From positions 1-64,000 of IMG/VR virus record IMGVR_UViG_3300009093_000035: DNA of 64,000 nt. One strand, given 5' to 3'. Shown piece after piece: positions 44,312-53,364 of the stretch. Each line of letters begins with the position of its first letter. Positions within the stretch are counted from its first letter, which is position 1. A model generated the notes under the pieces. It saw only the letters and a list, made by a program, of their open reading frames with translations. It did not search any database and was not told the DNA's origin. Made by a program: the position numbers and the translations under genes.

Positions 44312-45918
44312 GCCGCCCGCCTCGCGTCGTCGCGAAGAGCGTTGAAGAGATCGCTCAAGTCGTTGTCCACCGAGACCACCACATCGTCTTTCTCGCCCTT
44401 GATACGCTTCCCGAGAACCTTTTCAACCAGGGCCATCTTCTTCGTCATGATCTGCATGACGTGAGTGTCGACCGTCTTCTTCACCAAGAGATGGATCGCG
44501 TAGACGCGGTCGTGGAGGCTTCCGATTCGGATCATCCGACCCAAGATCTGAAGGTAGTCGCCGGCCGAGAAAGGCGTGTCGTAGAAGATGATCGCCTTCG
44601 CAGCTTGAAGGTTGATCGCTTCGCTCGCGGCTGTCGTGATACAGATCACGTTCGTGTTGGATGTCCCGTCCTGGAAGAGGTCCTGAGCGATCTTCCGCTG
44701 CTTCTCGTCCTCGGCTCCGGTAATCCGAGTTGAGGCGATCCCTTCCTTCTTCAGAGCCGGGACGATGATGTCAATCATCTTCCGGAACCGCGAGTAGACG
44801 ATCACCTTGTCTCCGGCGAACTCACCGGTGAGGAGATCAATCAGCTCGTCCAGTTTCTCCGACTCGCCCTCGACCCCGATCAGTTCGGGGTGGTTGACGA
44901 TCTGCTGGCAGTAGGTGACGGCGGTCAGCTTCGTGACCTCGACCTCGCCCTTCTCGTCCCCCTTCCCGATCTCTAGAAGCCCCGAGAGCGCCTCCGCGTA
45001 CTTCGCCGAGGCGACCGAACTCATGCCGCACTCGACGTGCTTTACGATGAGCGGGGGCAGCTCGCTGGCCACCTCGTGCTTCGGTCGACCGAGGAAGTAA
45101 GGGTCAATCAGCTCGCGGAACGCCTTCACGTCTCGGTCGCGGTACCCGACGATCACGGGGACCTGACGACGAGATCCGGGAAGCTGCTGCATCCGAGTGA
45201 TACAGTACTCGTTCAAGAACTTCGACCGATTCCCGAAGAGGCCTGGAACGATGACCTGGTAGATCCCCCAACCCTCGATCAGGGAGTTCTTGATCAAGGT
45301 CGCCGTCAACCCCCAGGAACGAGTCGCCCGACCGGATAGGTAGCGACAGACTTGTCCGACCTGAGTCGATGGGTTCTTGAATGCCGTCGCCTCGTCCGTC
45401 ACGAAGACGAAGCCCTCCCACTCCTGAATCTTCGCGAAGTCCTGGATCATGGACCGATAGCCGGAGATCAGAACTGTAGGGCCGGTAGAGGCCTCGTAGG
45501 CGTCTCGGATCTTCTGGCGCTGAGCGGCGGAACCCCTACAGACGAAGACCCGAATCCCCTTCGTGAACTTCTCGAACTCGGAGCCCCACTGAGCCGTAGC
45601 CGACTTCGTAGTGAGAACGATCACCTTCTGGTCGGGGGTCTTCTCCCAAAGGTAGCAGAGAGCCGAGATCGTCTGAAGCGTCTTCCCGAGCCCGGTGTCG
45701 TCCCCCAATAGGAACCGCTTCATCGCCAGAAGGTGGAGTACCCCCTGAATCTGGTAGTAGCGGAGCTTCACCGGACGTTCGGTTCCGTCCAGAGCCACGA
45801 AGGTATCTCGGAGGTACTTGGCCTGGCGAGCGGTGAGGTCCGTTCGAGTGCGGATACCCTTCAGCTTCGCGTAAACGGCTTCCAACTCAGAGGGGCTACT
45901 AACAGTCTCATCGCTCAT
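44308..45918 (-). CDS. SNF2-family helicase
   Basis: LRYYQ, LGDDTGLGKT, DEAT, LTAT, EAINL and QILGRMIRIG. Confidence 0.92.
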   Translation of the reverse strand: MSDETVSSPSELEAVYAKLKGIRTRTDLTARQAKYLRDTFVALDGTERPVKLRYYQIQGVLHLLAMKRFLLGDDTGLGKTLQTISALCYLWEKTPDQKVIVLTTKSATAQWGSEFEKFTKGIRVFVCRGSAAQRQKIRDAYEASTGPTVLISGYRSMIQDFAKIQEWEGFVFVTDEATAFKNPSTQVGQVCRYLSGRATRSWGLTATLIKNSLIEGWGIYQVIVPGLFGNRSKFLNEYCITRMQQLPGSRRQVPVIVGYRDRDVKAFRELIDPYFLGRPKHEVASELPPLIVKHVECGMSSVASAKYAEALSGLLEIGKGDEKGEVEVTKLTAVTYCQQIVNHPELIGVEGESEKLDELIDLLTGEFAGDKVIVYSRFRKMIDIIVPALKKEGIASTRITGAEDEKQRKIAQDLFQDGTSNTNVICITTAASEAINLQAAKAIIFYDTPFSAGDYLQILGRMIRIGSLHDRVYAIHLLVKKTVDTHVMQIMTKKMALVEKVLGKRIKGEKDDVVVSVDNDLSDLFNALRDDARRAA

Positions 45919-45937
45919 GAGTCCGCTACGTTACGCC

Positions 45938-47161
45938 CTAGACCATCCCCTTCGGAGGACTGTTGTCAACCAACTCCACGCTTGGCGGAGTCCCGTCCTC
46001 CAGAGTCTGGAAGATCATCCCCAGATTGGACCAATCCAGCAGACCTTCCTTCAAGATCTCTCGAAGGGTTCTCACCTCTACGTAGGTGATCTCGGTGTCC
46101 TGGGTATTCCCAAACTGGGCGTCCCCGAGCCACTTCATCGAAAGCATCTCCGCCGCAGTCAGCTCCACCGCGTAGACGTGAGACTGGTGTCCGCAAAGCG
46201 TAGCCGCGACCTGACGGGCTCCCACGTACCGGAACCGATCTGCCGGAAGGTCGAGCCCCGATTCCTCGATCAGCTCGGTTCGAGCGGTCTCGATTCCAGC
46301 CCCCTCCTTCCACGAAGATCCCCCGGGAACCTCGTGGACCATCCCGTCCTCGGTCGCCGCGGGGGAGCGGAACTCACGAACGAGCATGATCTCGGAATCG
46401 AGAGTCCAATCGTTCTGGTCGCTGAGCGGAGGACGACTGAAGACCACGACCGAAGTCGTGGGGGGCCGGAAGACGACCACCTCGTTCGTCTTCGCCCGCT
46501 TCTCCGCTTCGACCCAGACGTTCACCTTCAGAGACCACAGGACCGTGAGAGTCTTGTTCCTCCCGGCTCGGAAGGCCCAGACCAACTCCGCCCCGTCGAG
46601 TCGATTCCCGGCTTCCTTCTGAGCCTCTAGCCAGGTCTCGAACTCCGGTTTCTTCCAGAGATGGAGCGGAACCTCGCGCTCACCTCCCGTTCGAAGCACT
46701 CCGGATTCGAGCTTGTTGAGAGTCCCGGTGAGGATCCCCATCAAGGTGGCGTGGACCGGGACCCCTTCCTGAACCGCCCACCAGTTCAAGTAGTCCATCT
46801 TCGGAGCCCCCTCCGGGCTTCCCAGGAGGATCTTCCCCGACTTCACCCACAGACCGAACTCCACGTTCGTCGTGAACCCGGGGAGCTTCTCCAGATCTCG
46901 CGGGACCCAGAAGACGATCTGGTCCGACATGTTGAGGTACTTCTTCTCCCACGACACCTGCTTCGAGTAGTCAAAGGGGTCGGGAGGGGTATCCCTCCAC
47001 ACCGGAGAGAAGACCACGCCGTCGTACCCGAGTTCCTCCAACATCTCGATCGCCTCGGTCCTCCAGTTAGGATCCGTAGCCTTTCGAGGCGACGGCCCAG
47101 CGAGGAACAGAGACTTGGAGAACGAGTCGGGAGGTGTCTCTCCGGTGTAGACAACAATCAT
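45938..47161 (-). CDS. nucleoside 2-deoxyribosyltransferase-like + NUDIX hydrolase fusion
   Basis: LFLAGP...WR...QVSWE...FWVPR...TTNVEFG, then VREFR...EVPGG...ARTELIEESGL; start MIVVY at 47161. Confidence 0.85.
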   Translation of the reverse strand: MIVVYTGETPPDSFSKSLFLAGPSPRKATDPNWRTEAIEMLEELGYDGVVFSPVWRDTPPDPFDYSKQVSWEKKYLNMSDQIVFWVPRDLEKLPGFTTNVEFGLWVKSGKILLGSPEGAPKMDYLNWWAVQEGVPVHATLMGILTGTLNKLESGVLRTGGEREVPLHLWKKPEFETWLEAQKEAGNRLDGAELVWAFRAGRNKTLTVLWSLKVNVWVEAEKRAKTNEVVVFRPPTTSVVVFSRPPLSDQNDWTLDSEIMLVREFRSPAATEDGMVHEVPGGSSWKEGAGIETARTELIEESGLDLPADRFRYVGARQVAATLCGHQSHVYAVELTAAEMLSMKWLGDAQFGNTQDTEITYVEVRTLREILKEGLLDWSNLGMIFQTLEDGTPPSVELVDNSPPKGMV

Positions 47162-47175
47162 GCTCACTCTACCCC

Positions 47176-47790
47176 TTACTCGTAGAACGCCTGATACAGG
47201 TTCTGGGCCAGTCGGAAGCTGTCGTATGAAGCGGTGTCTCCCTGCACGACGCCTCGGAAGTAGATCGTCTTCATGACGTCCAAAGAGTCCTCGGGTCGGA
47301 ATCGCGAGAGAAGGACCTTGTCCAGACGGTTCACGCCCGAGGCGAAAGCCGAGTTCATGAGAGAGCGAATCGCTGACTCGTTTGACACCCAACGGACGGC
47401 AGACTCCTTCTCCCAAGCCGTCATCGTAGGTCCGTCAGCAGTAGCCTCATCGAAGAGCTTCGTCCGGACGATCATCAGCTCTTCCATCCGGGCAACTTCG
47501 ATCAGGACGGAGATCAGGTGTTTGGATTCCCCGGAGACCCGAAGGAAGACACCCTTCCCGAGGGCCGCCTGGCCGAGGTCTTGGAGGATGGGGTGGTAGT
47601 CCTTCGGGTACTTGATCTGCGTCTCCCGGTACCAAGCCAAGACGAGCTTGGTCAGCCCGGACACGATCGCGGTGTCGACGGCCTGGAGAGCCCTCAATTC
47701 CAGGTACGAGTTGGGCTCGTTCCAGAAATCTAGGTCGATCCTCCTCGCGGAGGGCTTGGATTGGGGTTCCGGGGTTCGGTACGGCGCCAC
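47176..47790 (-). CDS. hypothetical protein
   Basis: 204 aa, strong codon bias. Confidence 0.6.
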   Translation of the reverse strand: MAPYRTPEPQSKPSARRIDLDFWNEPNSYLELRALQAVDTAIVSGLTKLVLAWYRETQIKYPKDYHPILQDLGQAALGKGVFLRVSGESKHLISVLIEVARMEELMIVRTKLFDEATADGPTMTAWEKESAVRWVSNESAIRSLMNSAFASGVNRLDKVLLSRFRPEDSLDVMKTIYFRGVVQGDTASYDSFRLAQNLYQAFYE

Positions 47791-47849
47791 AGCAGTACCC
47801 TTGCTATTCGATAGCCAGGGTAAGTAGTCCGGCCCCTTTCGGAGCGTCC

Positions 47850-50800
47850 ATGAGCAGAGATCAAGTCCTAGCCCCCGAGTTCCTGGACATGGTAGCGTTC
47901 TACCTGGCGCTGTCGTCCGTGGACCAGGCTCTGGTCAACTTGGAGGGCGGCGACACGGGCGGGATCGACCGCGAACGTCTCCAGAAGCACCGAATGGAAG
48001 CGGCCCCGATGCTTCGTCGAGTCGCGGGCTCGGTCGACGCCGGGATCGATTCGATCCTCCGCGACGCCTCCGAGAAGGCGAAGCTCCGGGTGAAGGGACG
48101 CCTGGATACGGCCGTCCGCGGGAACCCCATCGCCTCCTACGCGTCCCGAGTGGATTTCCTGGAGTTCTTCCTCCCGCGCCTGAAGGCCCACAACAACGTC
48201 CTCCGCGACGTGTTCGGAGACGCCTCGTCTCAGGCGATCCGGATCGTCCAGGCCGCCGAAGTCGAGGCCCCCTACTCGCGCCTCTTCAAGCTCGCCGGCA
48301 CGCGTATGGCCGCGGGCGGAAAGTTCTCGCTCCTGAAGCGCTGGACCCAGGAAGCGACCGCGATCTGCGGAAACCCCGTCTCTGAGATCGAAGAGGTCTC
48401 GGTCGACGTCGCTTCTACGGACGCCATCCTCGATCGCGTCGAGAACAACAACCGGAAGCTCGACGTCCTCGACCCCACTGACCCGGAAGCTGCCGCGACG
48501 ACGGCCGAGAACGCCGAGCTTCTCAACAAGGTGAGCCGAGTCGCCGAGAAGTCGAAGGACCCGGCCTCGGTGAAGGCCCACGCCGCCGCCCGTATCGCGA
48601 ACACGGGTCCGAACGACTCGAAGGGCGGATCTTCGGCGATCGCCGCTCACCTCAAGATGACCCCCGAGCAGGAAGAGTCTCTCCTCGTTCGCGGAAAGGC
48701 CGTGATCGCGGCCGGAGCTGGATCGGGAAAGACCCGCGTCCTCGCCGGCAAGGTCATCCACCACATGCAAGACCTCGGCCTGTCGATGTCGAACATCATG
48801 GCCGTGAGCTTCACGATCAAGAGTTCCGGCGAGCTGAAGGAGCGCATCCTGAAGTACGGGAAGGAGATCGGCTACGATCTTCCGAACCCCGACTCCAACT
48901 GGGACGCCTACGCCGGGATCGGTACGACCCACTCCATCGGTCGCGGCATCCTGAAGAAGAGCGGCAGTGGTTGGAAGACCAACCCGAAGACCGACACGAT
49001 CAAGGGCGGAGACATCTCGAAGCTCCTGAAGGTCGCGATCGCTCAGGTGAAGATGCGTTCGGCTGGAGGGGCTCCTCCCGCGCCTCCTCCCTCAGCCATG
49101 AGCTTCTTCCCGAGCGTCGCTCCGAGCGCGGGGATGAGCGCGGAACCGGACCAGGATCCGGCGGATCAGAAGGACCCGGCGCTGGAGTCGAAGTCCCCCG
49201 TCCAGAACCCGGTGAAAGACACCTCGCCCCTCACGTTCTTCCTCACCGACGAGGGTCGCTTCAAGACGCTCGTCAACGCCTCGATCGATACGATCCGAGA
49301 CTTCCTCGGCGCCTTCCCGAACGTGAAGCTTCAACCGAAGTCGGGGAACGGGTGGTACGTCCTCGAAGTCTATGGGCCTGGGATCACCCGCTTCGGAGAC
49401 GACCTCGCGAGCATGCGCATCAACGGCATCTCGCTCTCCTACAAAGAGGCGGATCCTCGCTTCCGATCGCCCAACCGCTTCGTCGCCTTCTCGAAGCGCG
49501 AGTTCAACTACGACGACGTGGTGAGTCAGATCCGAGAGAATCTCGGCTTCGACCAGGCCGAGAACGCCGTGAAGGCGCTCGAAGGCTTCTCGGCGAAGGA
49601 TCCGAAGGACCTCACGGGCGAGGATCTGGAGATCCTCGAAACGATCGTCATGAACCCGCTCGTCGCGGCTGGTCTCACCTCTCGGAACGTCCTGCTGAAG
49701 CAGGCGTCGACCCCGAAGAAGGCTGCGGACGAGCCTGGCGAAGGGTTCGAGCCCTCGGGAGAAGCCGATCCGGAGGTCTCCGACAAGGGGATCGACACGG
49801 CCAGTCGTCGGAAGCTTCAACGCCTGGACTACGAGGGTTCCCCCTTCTACACCTACCTCCACACCGCTGCGAACCAGTGGTTCAACATCGGCGCGACCGA
49901 TGACGACTTCAAGATGGAGGACAACAAGGGGAACAAGAAGGACATCCCCATCGGCGAGTTCGCTCGCTTCGTCAGCTTCAACAAGAACGGTCTGAAGGCC
50001 CCCGGCTCCCTCTTCCAGGAGGGCTCGGAGATCGAAGACACGGGCTTCGGAGAAGACGAGGACGAGGGCTTCCAGAAGCCCGGCGATCTCGCTCCCGGGA
50101 TGTCGAAGAAGATCTTCGCAGCCGTGTACGGAGCGTACGAGTGGTTGAAGGGGAACATCGTCCAGTTCAAGGGACGCCTCGACTACGACGACCAGTTGGT
50201 GATCCCCTCGCGTGAGCTGATCGAGAACCCGGCGCTCCTCGCGAAGTACCAGAAGCAGTACAAGTGCGTCCTCGTGGACGAAGCCCAGGACCTCAACGCC
50301 GCCCAGCACCTCATGTTCGGGCTGATCTCCGGGTACATCGACCCGAAGACGCTCGCGCCGAGGAAGGACGGGAAGATGTCTGCGGACACCTTCGCCCTGA
50401 TCGGCGACGACAAGCAGGCGATCTACGAGTTCCGAGCGGCCGACCCATCGAAGTTCATCGAGAAGTCGGATCTCGTCCCTGGAGGAGAGGGCTTCACCAC
50501 GAAGCTCCTCGACACGAACTTCCGCAGCGGCAACGTGATCGTCGAGGCGGCGAACAAGCTGATCGCCTACAACTCGAAGCAGATCCCGATGGTCTGTAAG
50601 ACGGACCCGGCGCGCGGCGAGGGCTCGATCTCTCGCGTCGAGACGAAGGACCTCGCAGCGGCCTCGGAGATGATGAGCGACGCGATCCTCTCCGAGTACG
50701 AGGAAGCGAAGCACGACGGTTCGGCCGATCGCTTCTTCCAGCGCTACGGGCTCGCCGTCCGCACGAACAAGGAAGTCTACCAGTTCGCGATGAAGATGAT

Positions 50801-51869
50801 CGAGAAGGGGATCCCCTTCCGGTCCAAGAAGAACTTCCTCGGCGGGCCCGCGGTCGGTCCCGTGATCGGGATCTTCTCTGTACTCCGGACCGACAACCTC
50901 GACGCGAGGAACGACGGCGTGATCGCGGGCATCCAGGCCCCCGACTTCGGTCTGAACGGGATGACCGTTCGGAAGAAGCTCGAAGAGCTGGGCGTGAAGG
51001 ACTACTACGACTTCCTCGTGAACGAGCGTGGCGCGAAACGCGTCTACTCGTACCGGAAGATGGCGGACAACCTTCAGGAGTACGCGGACTACCTCGAAGA
51101 GATCGTTCGCGTCGGCGAGAAGGGAAGCGCCTCGGACGTGATCGACCTGATCCTCAACACGAAGGGTCCGGACGGCGATACCTTCGCGGACTCCCTCGCG
51201 GCCAGCCTCATGGAGGACGGCGAAGCGATGGAGGAGATCCAGATGAAGGCGGACGCCGAGACCGAGGGAAAGATCACCCCCGAGATGCTCGCGAACTACG
51301 CCCTCGCTCCCGTCGAGCCCTTGCGGAAAGCCGCCGCTCGATTCCCGACGGCCACCGAGTTCGTCAACTACATCAAGGGCCTCGTCGAGTCGAACAAGAA
51401 GAACGTGGACGACGGAGACGCGAAGGCGGACGCCGTTCAGATCGACACGGTCCACGGGTGGAAGGGTCTGGAGGTCGCGAATCTCTACGTCCCGATGTGG
51501 GATGGAGGTTTCCCCCACGCTCGCTCGAAGGCGAGCCCTGCGCTCATGGAGTCGGAACGTCGACTCGCCTACGTCGCGCTCACCCGTGGTCAGAACAAGG
51601 TGACGATCCTCGAACCGAAGACCGTCAACGAGAAGCCCGTCGGCCCGAGCCAGTTCACCTACGAGGCCTGTATCCCGCTCGTAGGGACCGCCGTACCGCC
51701 CTCCGGAGCCGGAGAAGAGGGAACGGAGGCCCCCGCGAAGAAGGCCTCCCTAGAGAGCTTCCTGCTCCCCGTACGGGAGGAGCCGACTTTCGGGCCGATC
51801 GAGGACCTCTCGTCCGAGGTAGACCTCGAACGGAACTGGGACTTGAACTCGAACGGAGAGGTGAGCTGA
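47850..51869 (+). CDS. UvrD/PcrA-like SF1 helicase with long N-terminal extension and internal insertion
   Basis: AGAGSGKT, VSFT, TTHS, VDEAQD, GDDKQAIYEFR, TNFRS, TVHGWKGLE and ERRLAYVALTRG. Confidence 0.93.
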   Translation: MSRDQVLAPEFLDMVAFYLALSSVDQALVNLEGGDTGGIDRERLQKHRMEAAPMLRRVAGSVDAGIDSILRDASEKAKLRVKGRLDTAVRGNPIASYASRVDFLEFFLPRLKAHNNVLRDVFGDASSQAIRIVQAAEVEAPYSRLFKLAGTRMAAGGKFSLLKRWTQEATAICGNPVSEIEEVSVDVASTDAILDRVENNNRKLDVLDPTDPEAAATTAENAELLNKVSRVAEKSKDPASVKAHAAARIANTGPNDSKGGSSAIAAHLKMTPEQEESLLVRGKAVIAAGAGSGKTRVLAGKVIHHMQDLGLSMSNIMAVSFTIKSSGELKERILKYGKEIGYDLPNPDSNWDAYAGIGTTHSIGRGILKKSGSGWKTNPKTDTIKGGDISKLLKVAIAQVKMRSAGGAPPAPPPSAMSFFPSVAPSAGMSAEPDQDPADQKDPALESKSPVQNPVKDTSPLTFFLTDEGRFKTLVNASIDTIRDFLGAFPNVKLQPKSGNGWYVLEVYGPGITRFGDDLASMRINGISLSYKEADPRFRSPNRFVAFSKREFNYDDVVSQIRENLGFDQAENAVKALEGFSAKDPKDLTGEDLEILETIVMNPLVAAGLTSRNVLLKQASTPKKAADEPGEGFEPSGEADPEVSDKGIDTASRRKLQRLDYEGSPFYTYLHTAANQWFNIGATDDDFKMEDNKGNKKDIPIGEFARFVSFNKNGLKAPGSLFQEGSEIEDTGFGEDEDEGFQKPGDLAPGMSKKIFAAVYGAYEWLKGNIVQFKGRLDYDDQLVIPSRELIENPALLAKYQKQYKCVLVDEAQDLNAAQHLMFGLISGYIDPKTLAPRKDGKMSADTFALIGDDKQAIYEFRAADPSKFIEKSDLVPGGEGFTTKLLDTNFRSGNVIVEAANKLIAYNSKQIPMVCKTDPARGEGSISRVETKDLAAASEMMSDAILSEYEEAKHDGSADRFFQRYGLAVRTNKEVYQFAMKMIEKGIPFRSKKNFLGGPAVGPVIGIFSVLRTDNLDARNDGVIAGIQAPDFGLNGMTVRKKLEELGVKDYYDFLVNERGAKRVYSYRKMADNLQEYADYLEEIVRVGEKGSASDVIDLILNTKGPDGDTFADSLAASLMEDGEAMEEIQMKADAETEGKITPEMLANYALAPVEPLRKAAARFPTATEFVNYIKGLVESNKKNVDDGDAKADAVQIDTVHGWKGLEVANLYVPMWDGGFPHARSKASPALMESERRLAYVALTRGQNKVTILEPKTVNEKPVGPSQFTYEACIPLVGTAVPPSGAGEEGTEAPAKKASLESFLLPVREEPTFGPIEDLSSEVDLERNWDLNSNGEVS

Positions 51870-51870
51870 C

Positions 51871-52716
51871 ATGACCACCGTAACCGCCGCAGGCGGAACC
51901 TTCGTCATGATCAGTCGGGAAGAGCTGGAGGAGTGGCTCAACTCGATTGGCTTCGCCGGGAACTGGGACCGGGACACCCGCTACCAGGGCATCTACCTCC
52001 TGAAGCTCTCCCCGACGGTCGCCGTGAAGCTTTCCTCGACGATCGGCTCGAAGGATGACGTGATGGGAAAGGGGCGAGCCGCTATGCAGCTGTCCCTCGT
52101 CTCAACCGTCACCGGCCGAACCCTCAACAAGAAGGCCCAGGGCCAGGACCACTTCAAGAGGACCTCGGGCTGGAAGAAGACCTGGGCCGCTGGCATCGAC
52201 ACGATGAAGAAGGCCTACCTCTCCTCGGCCGACTTCTATGATGCGATCTCCGTGATCCCGGATCGCGACGCCTATCGCACGGACCTCCTCCAGAGGATCG
52301 AGGCGATCCCGGGATGGGACAACGATGGGGAGCTGATCTCGATCAGCCGGAAGGTCGACCGTGGGGGCGTCCTCATGAAGGGCGAACTCCAGGCGATCGA
52401 AGACGCCGAGAAGCGTCCGAAGCCGAAGGCTCCCGACCCTCAGCGCATCGAACCCGGAAACGCTCCTGGGGAAGGCGTCACCTACCGAAGCCCGGAGGTG
52501 ATGAAGGATCTTCGACTCGACGCGCTCCGGAAGCTCTGGGTGATGGCGAAGCGAAGCAACGACGAGTGGACGATGAACTTCGCTCAGGACATGGCCACCA
52601 AGTGGATCGACCCGGGTCGACGCCTCTCGGGCCCTCAGCTCCGCGTCATCGGTGACAAGTTGCACCAGTACCGAATCCCCGACAAGAACGGGGAGCCGGC
52701 GTTCAACCTGTTCTAG
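51871..52716 (+). CDS. hypothetical protein
   Basis: 281 aa, directly downstream of UvrD. Confidence 0.65.
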   Translation: MTTVTAAGGTFVMISREELEEWLNSIGFAGNWDRDTRYQGIYLLKLSPTVAVKLSSTIGSKDDVMGKGRAAMQLSLVSTVTGRTLNKKAQGQDHFKRTSGWKKTWAAGIDTMKKAYLSSADFYDAISVIPDRDAYRTDLLQRIEAIPGWDNDGELISISRKVDRGGVLMKGELQAIEDAEKRPKPKAPDPQRIEPGNAPGEGVTYRSPEVMKDLRLDALRKLWVMAKRSNDEWTMNFAQDMATKWIDPGRRLSGPQLRVIGDKLHQYRIPDKNGEPAFNLF

Positions 52717-53000
52717 TCCATGATGTAGACGACGCGGGCTCCGAGATCCTGAAGCTCCTTCGCGGCAGCTTCGCAGAATGCGGTGCGCTTTCCGGCTTGA
52801 CCCGCGCCACCCGAGAACTCCCACCCCTTCGATCGAAGGAAGAAGGCGGACGCCAACCCTAGCCCGGACGCAACGGTCGGGCGCGCGACGCTTCTCGGAA
52901 GCCACACGAAGTCCATGCAGCAGGTCCCCGTGTCGGGGACCGCTTCAGCTGCGCGTGTTCCAGCCTCTCTGGCTTTCTTGAGGCGCTCGGAAAGGTCCAT
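52713..53000 (-). CDS. hypothetical protein
   Basis: GGCGTAA 9 nt upstream of ATG. Confidence 0.55.
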   Translation of the reverse strand: MDLSERLKKAREAGTRAAEAVPDTGTCCMDFVWLPRSVARPTVASGLGLASAFFLRSKGWEFSGGAGQAGKRTAFCEAAAKELQDLGARVVYIMD

Positions 53001-53024
53001 CGAGAACCCTTACGCCGCCTCGAA

Positions 53025-53360
53025 CTACGGGCTCTGGGGCGTAGGAGGCGTCGGGGACGGGGGGAGGGCCGGAAGAAGGTTCTTCAGGATCATCTCCCAA
53101 AGACCCACGGCCGAGGCTCCCGCAGTGAAGCCCTTCCCGAGAGCCTCTTCCCACGGGATCCCCGTAGCGAGCTGAACGCCGATCGAGGAGAGGATTCCGA
53201 GCCCCGCGGCGACCCACGGCACGTACTTCGCCCCGACCTTGTTCTGGAGGCCGAAACGGTTCGCGATGTAGACCGCGAGACTGATCCCGAGACCCACGGC
53301 GAGAGGCCACTGGTGGTCAGCGAGAGCCGAGATGAAGGCTACCAGCGAATCGGTGTTCAT
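53025..53360 (-). CDS. holin-like membrane protein
   Basis: Three hydrophobic segments; follows the large structural gene. Confidence 0.55.
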   Translation of the reverse strand: MNTDSLVAFISALADHQWPLAVGLGISLAVYIANRFGLQNKVGAKYVPWVAAGLGILSSIGVQLATGIPWEEALGKGFTAGASAVGLWEMILKNLLPALPPSPTPPTPQSP

Positions 53361-53364
53361 GGGG

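Noticed and set aside
48990-49980. Intein or homing endonuclease in UvrD (and in PolA)
   Set aside because: No intein N-terminal block, no terminal HN-C/S/T, no LAGLIDADG/HNH motif.
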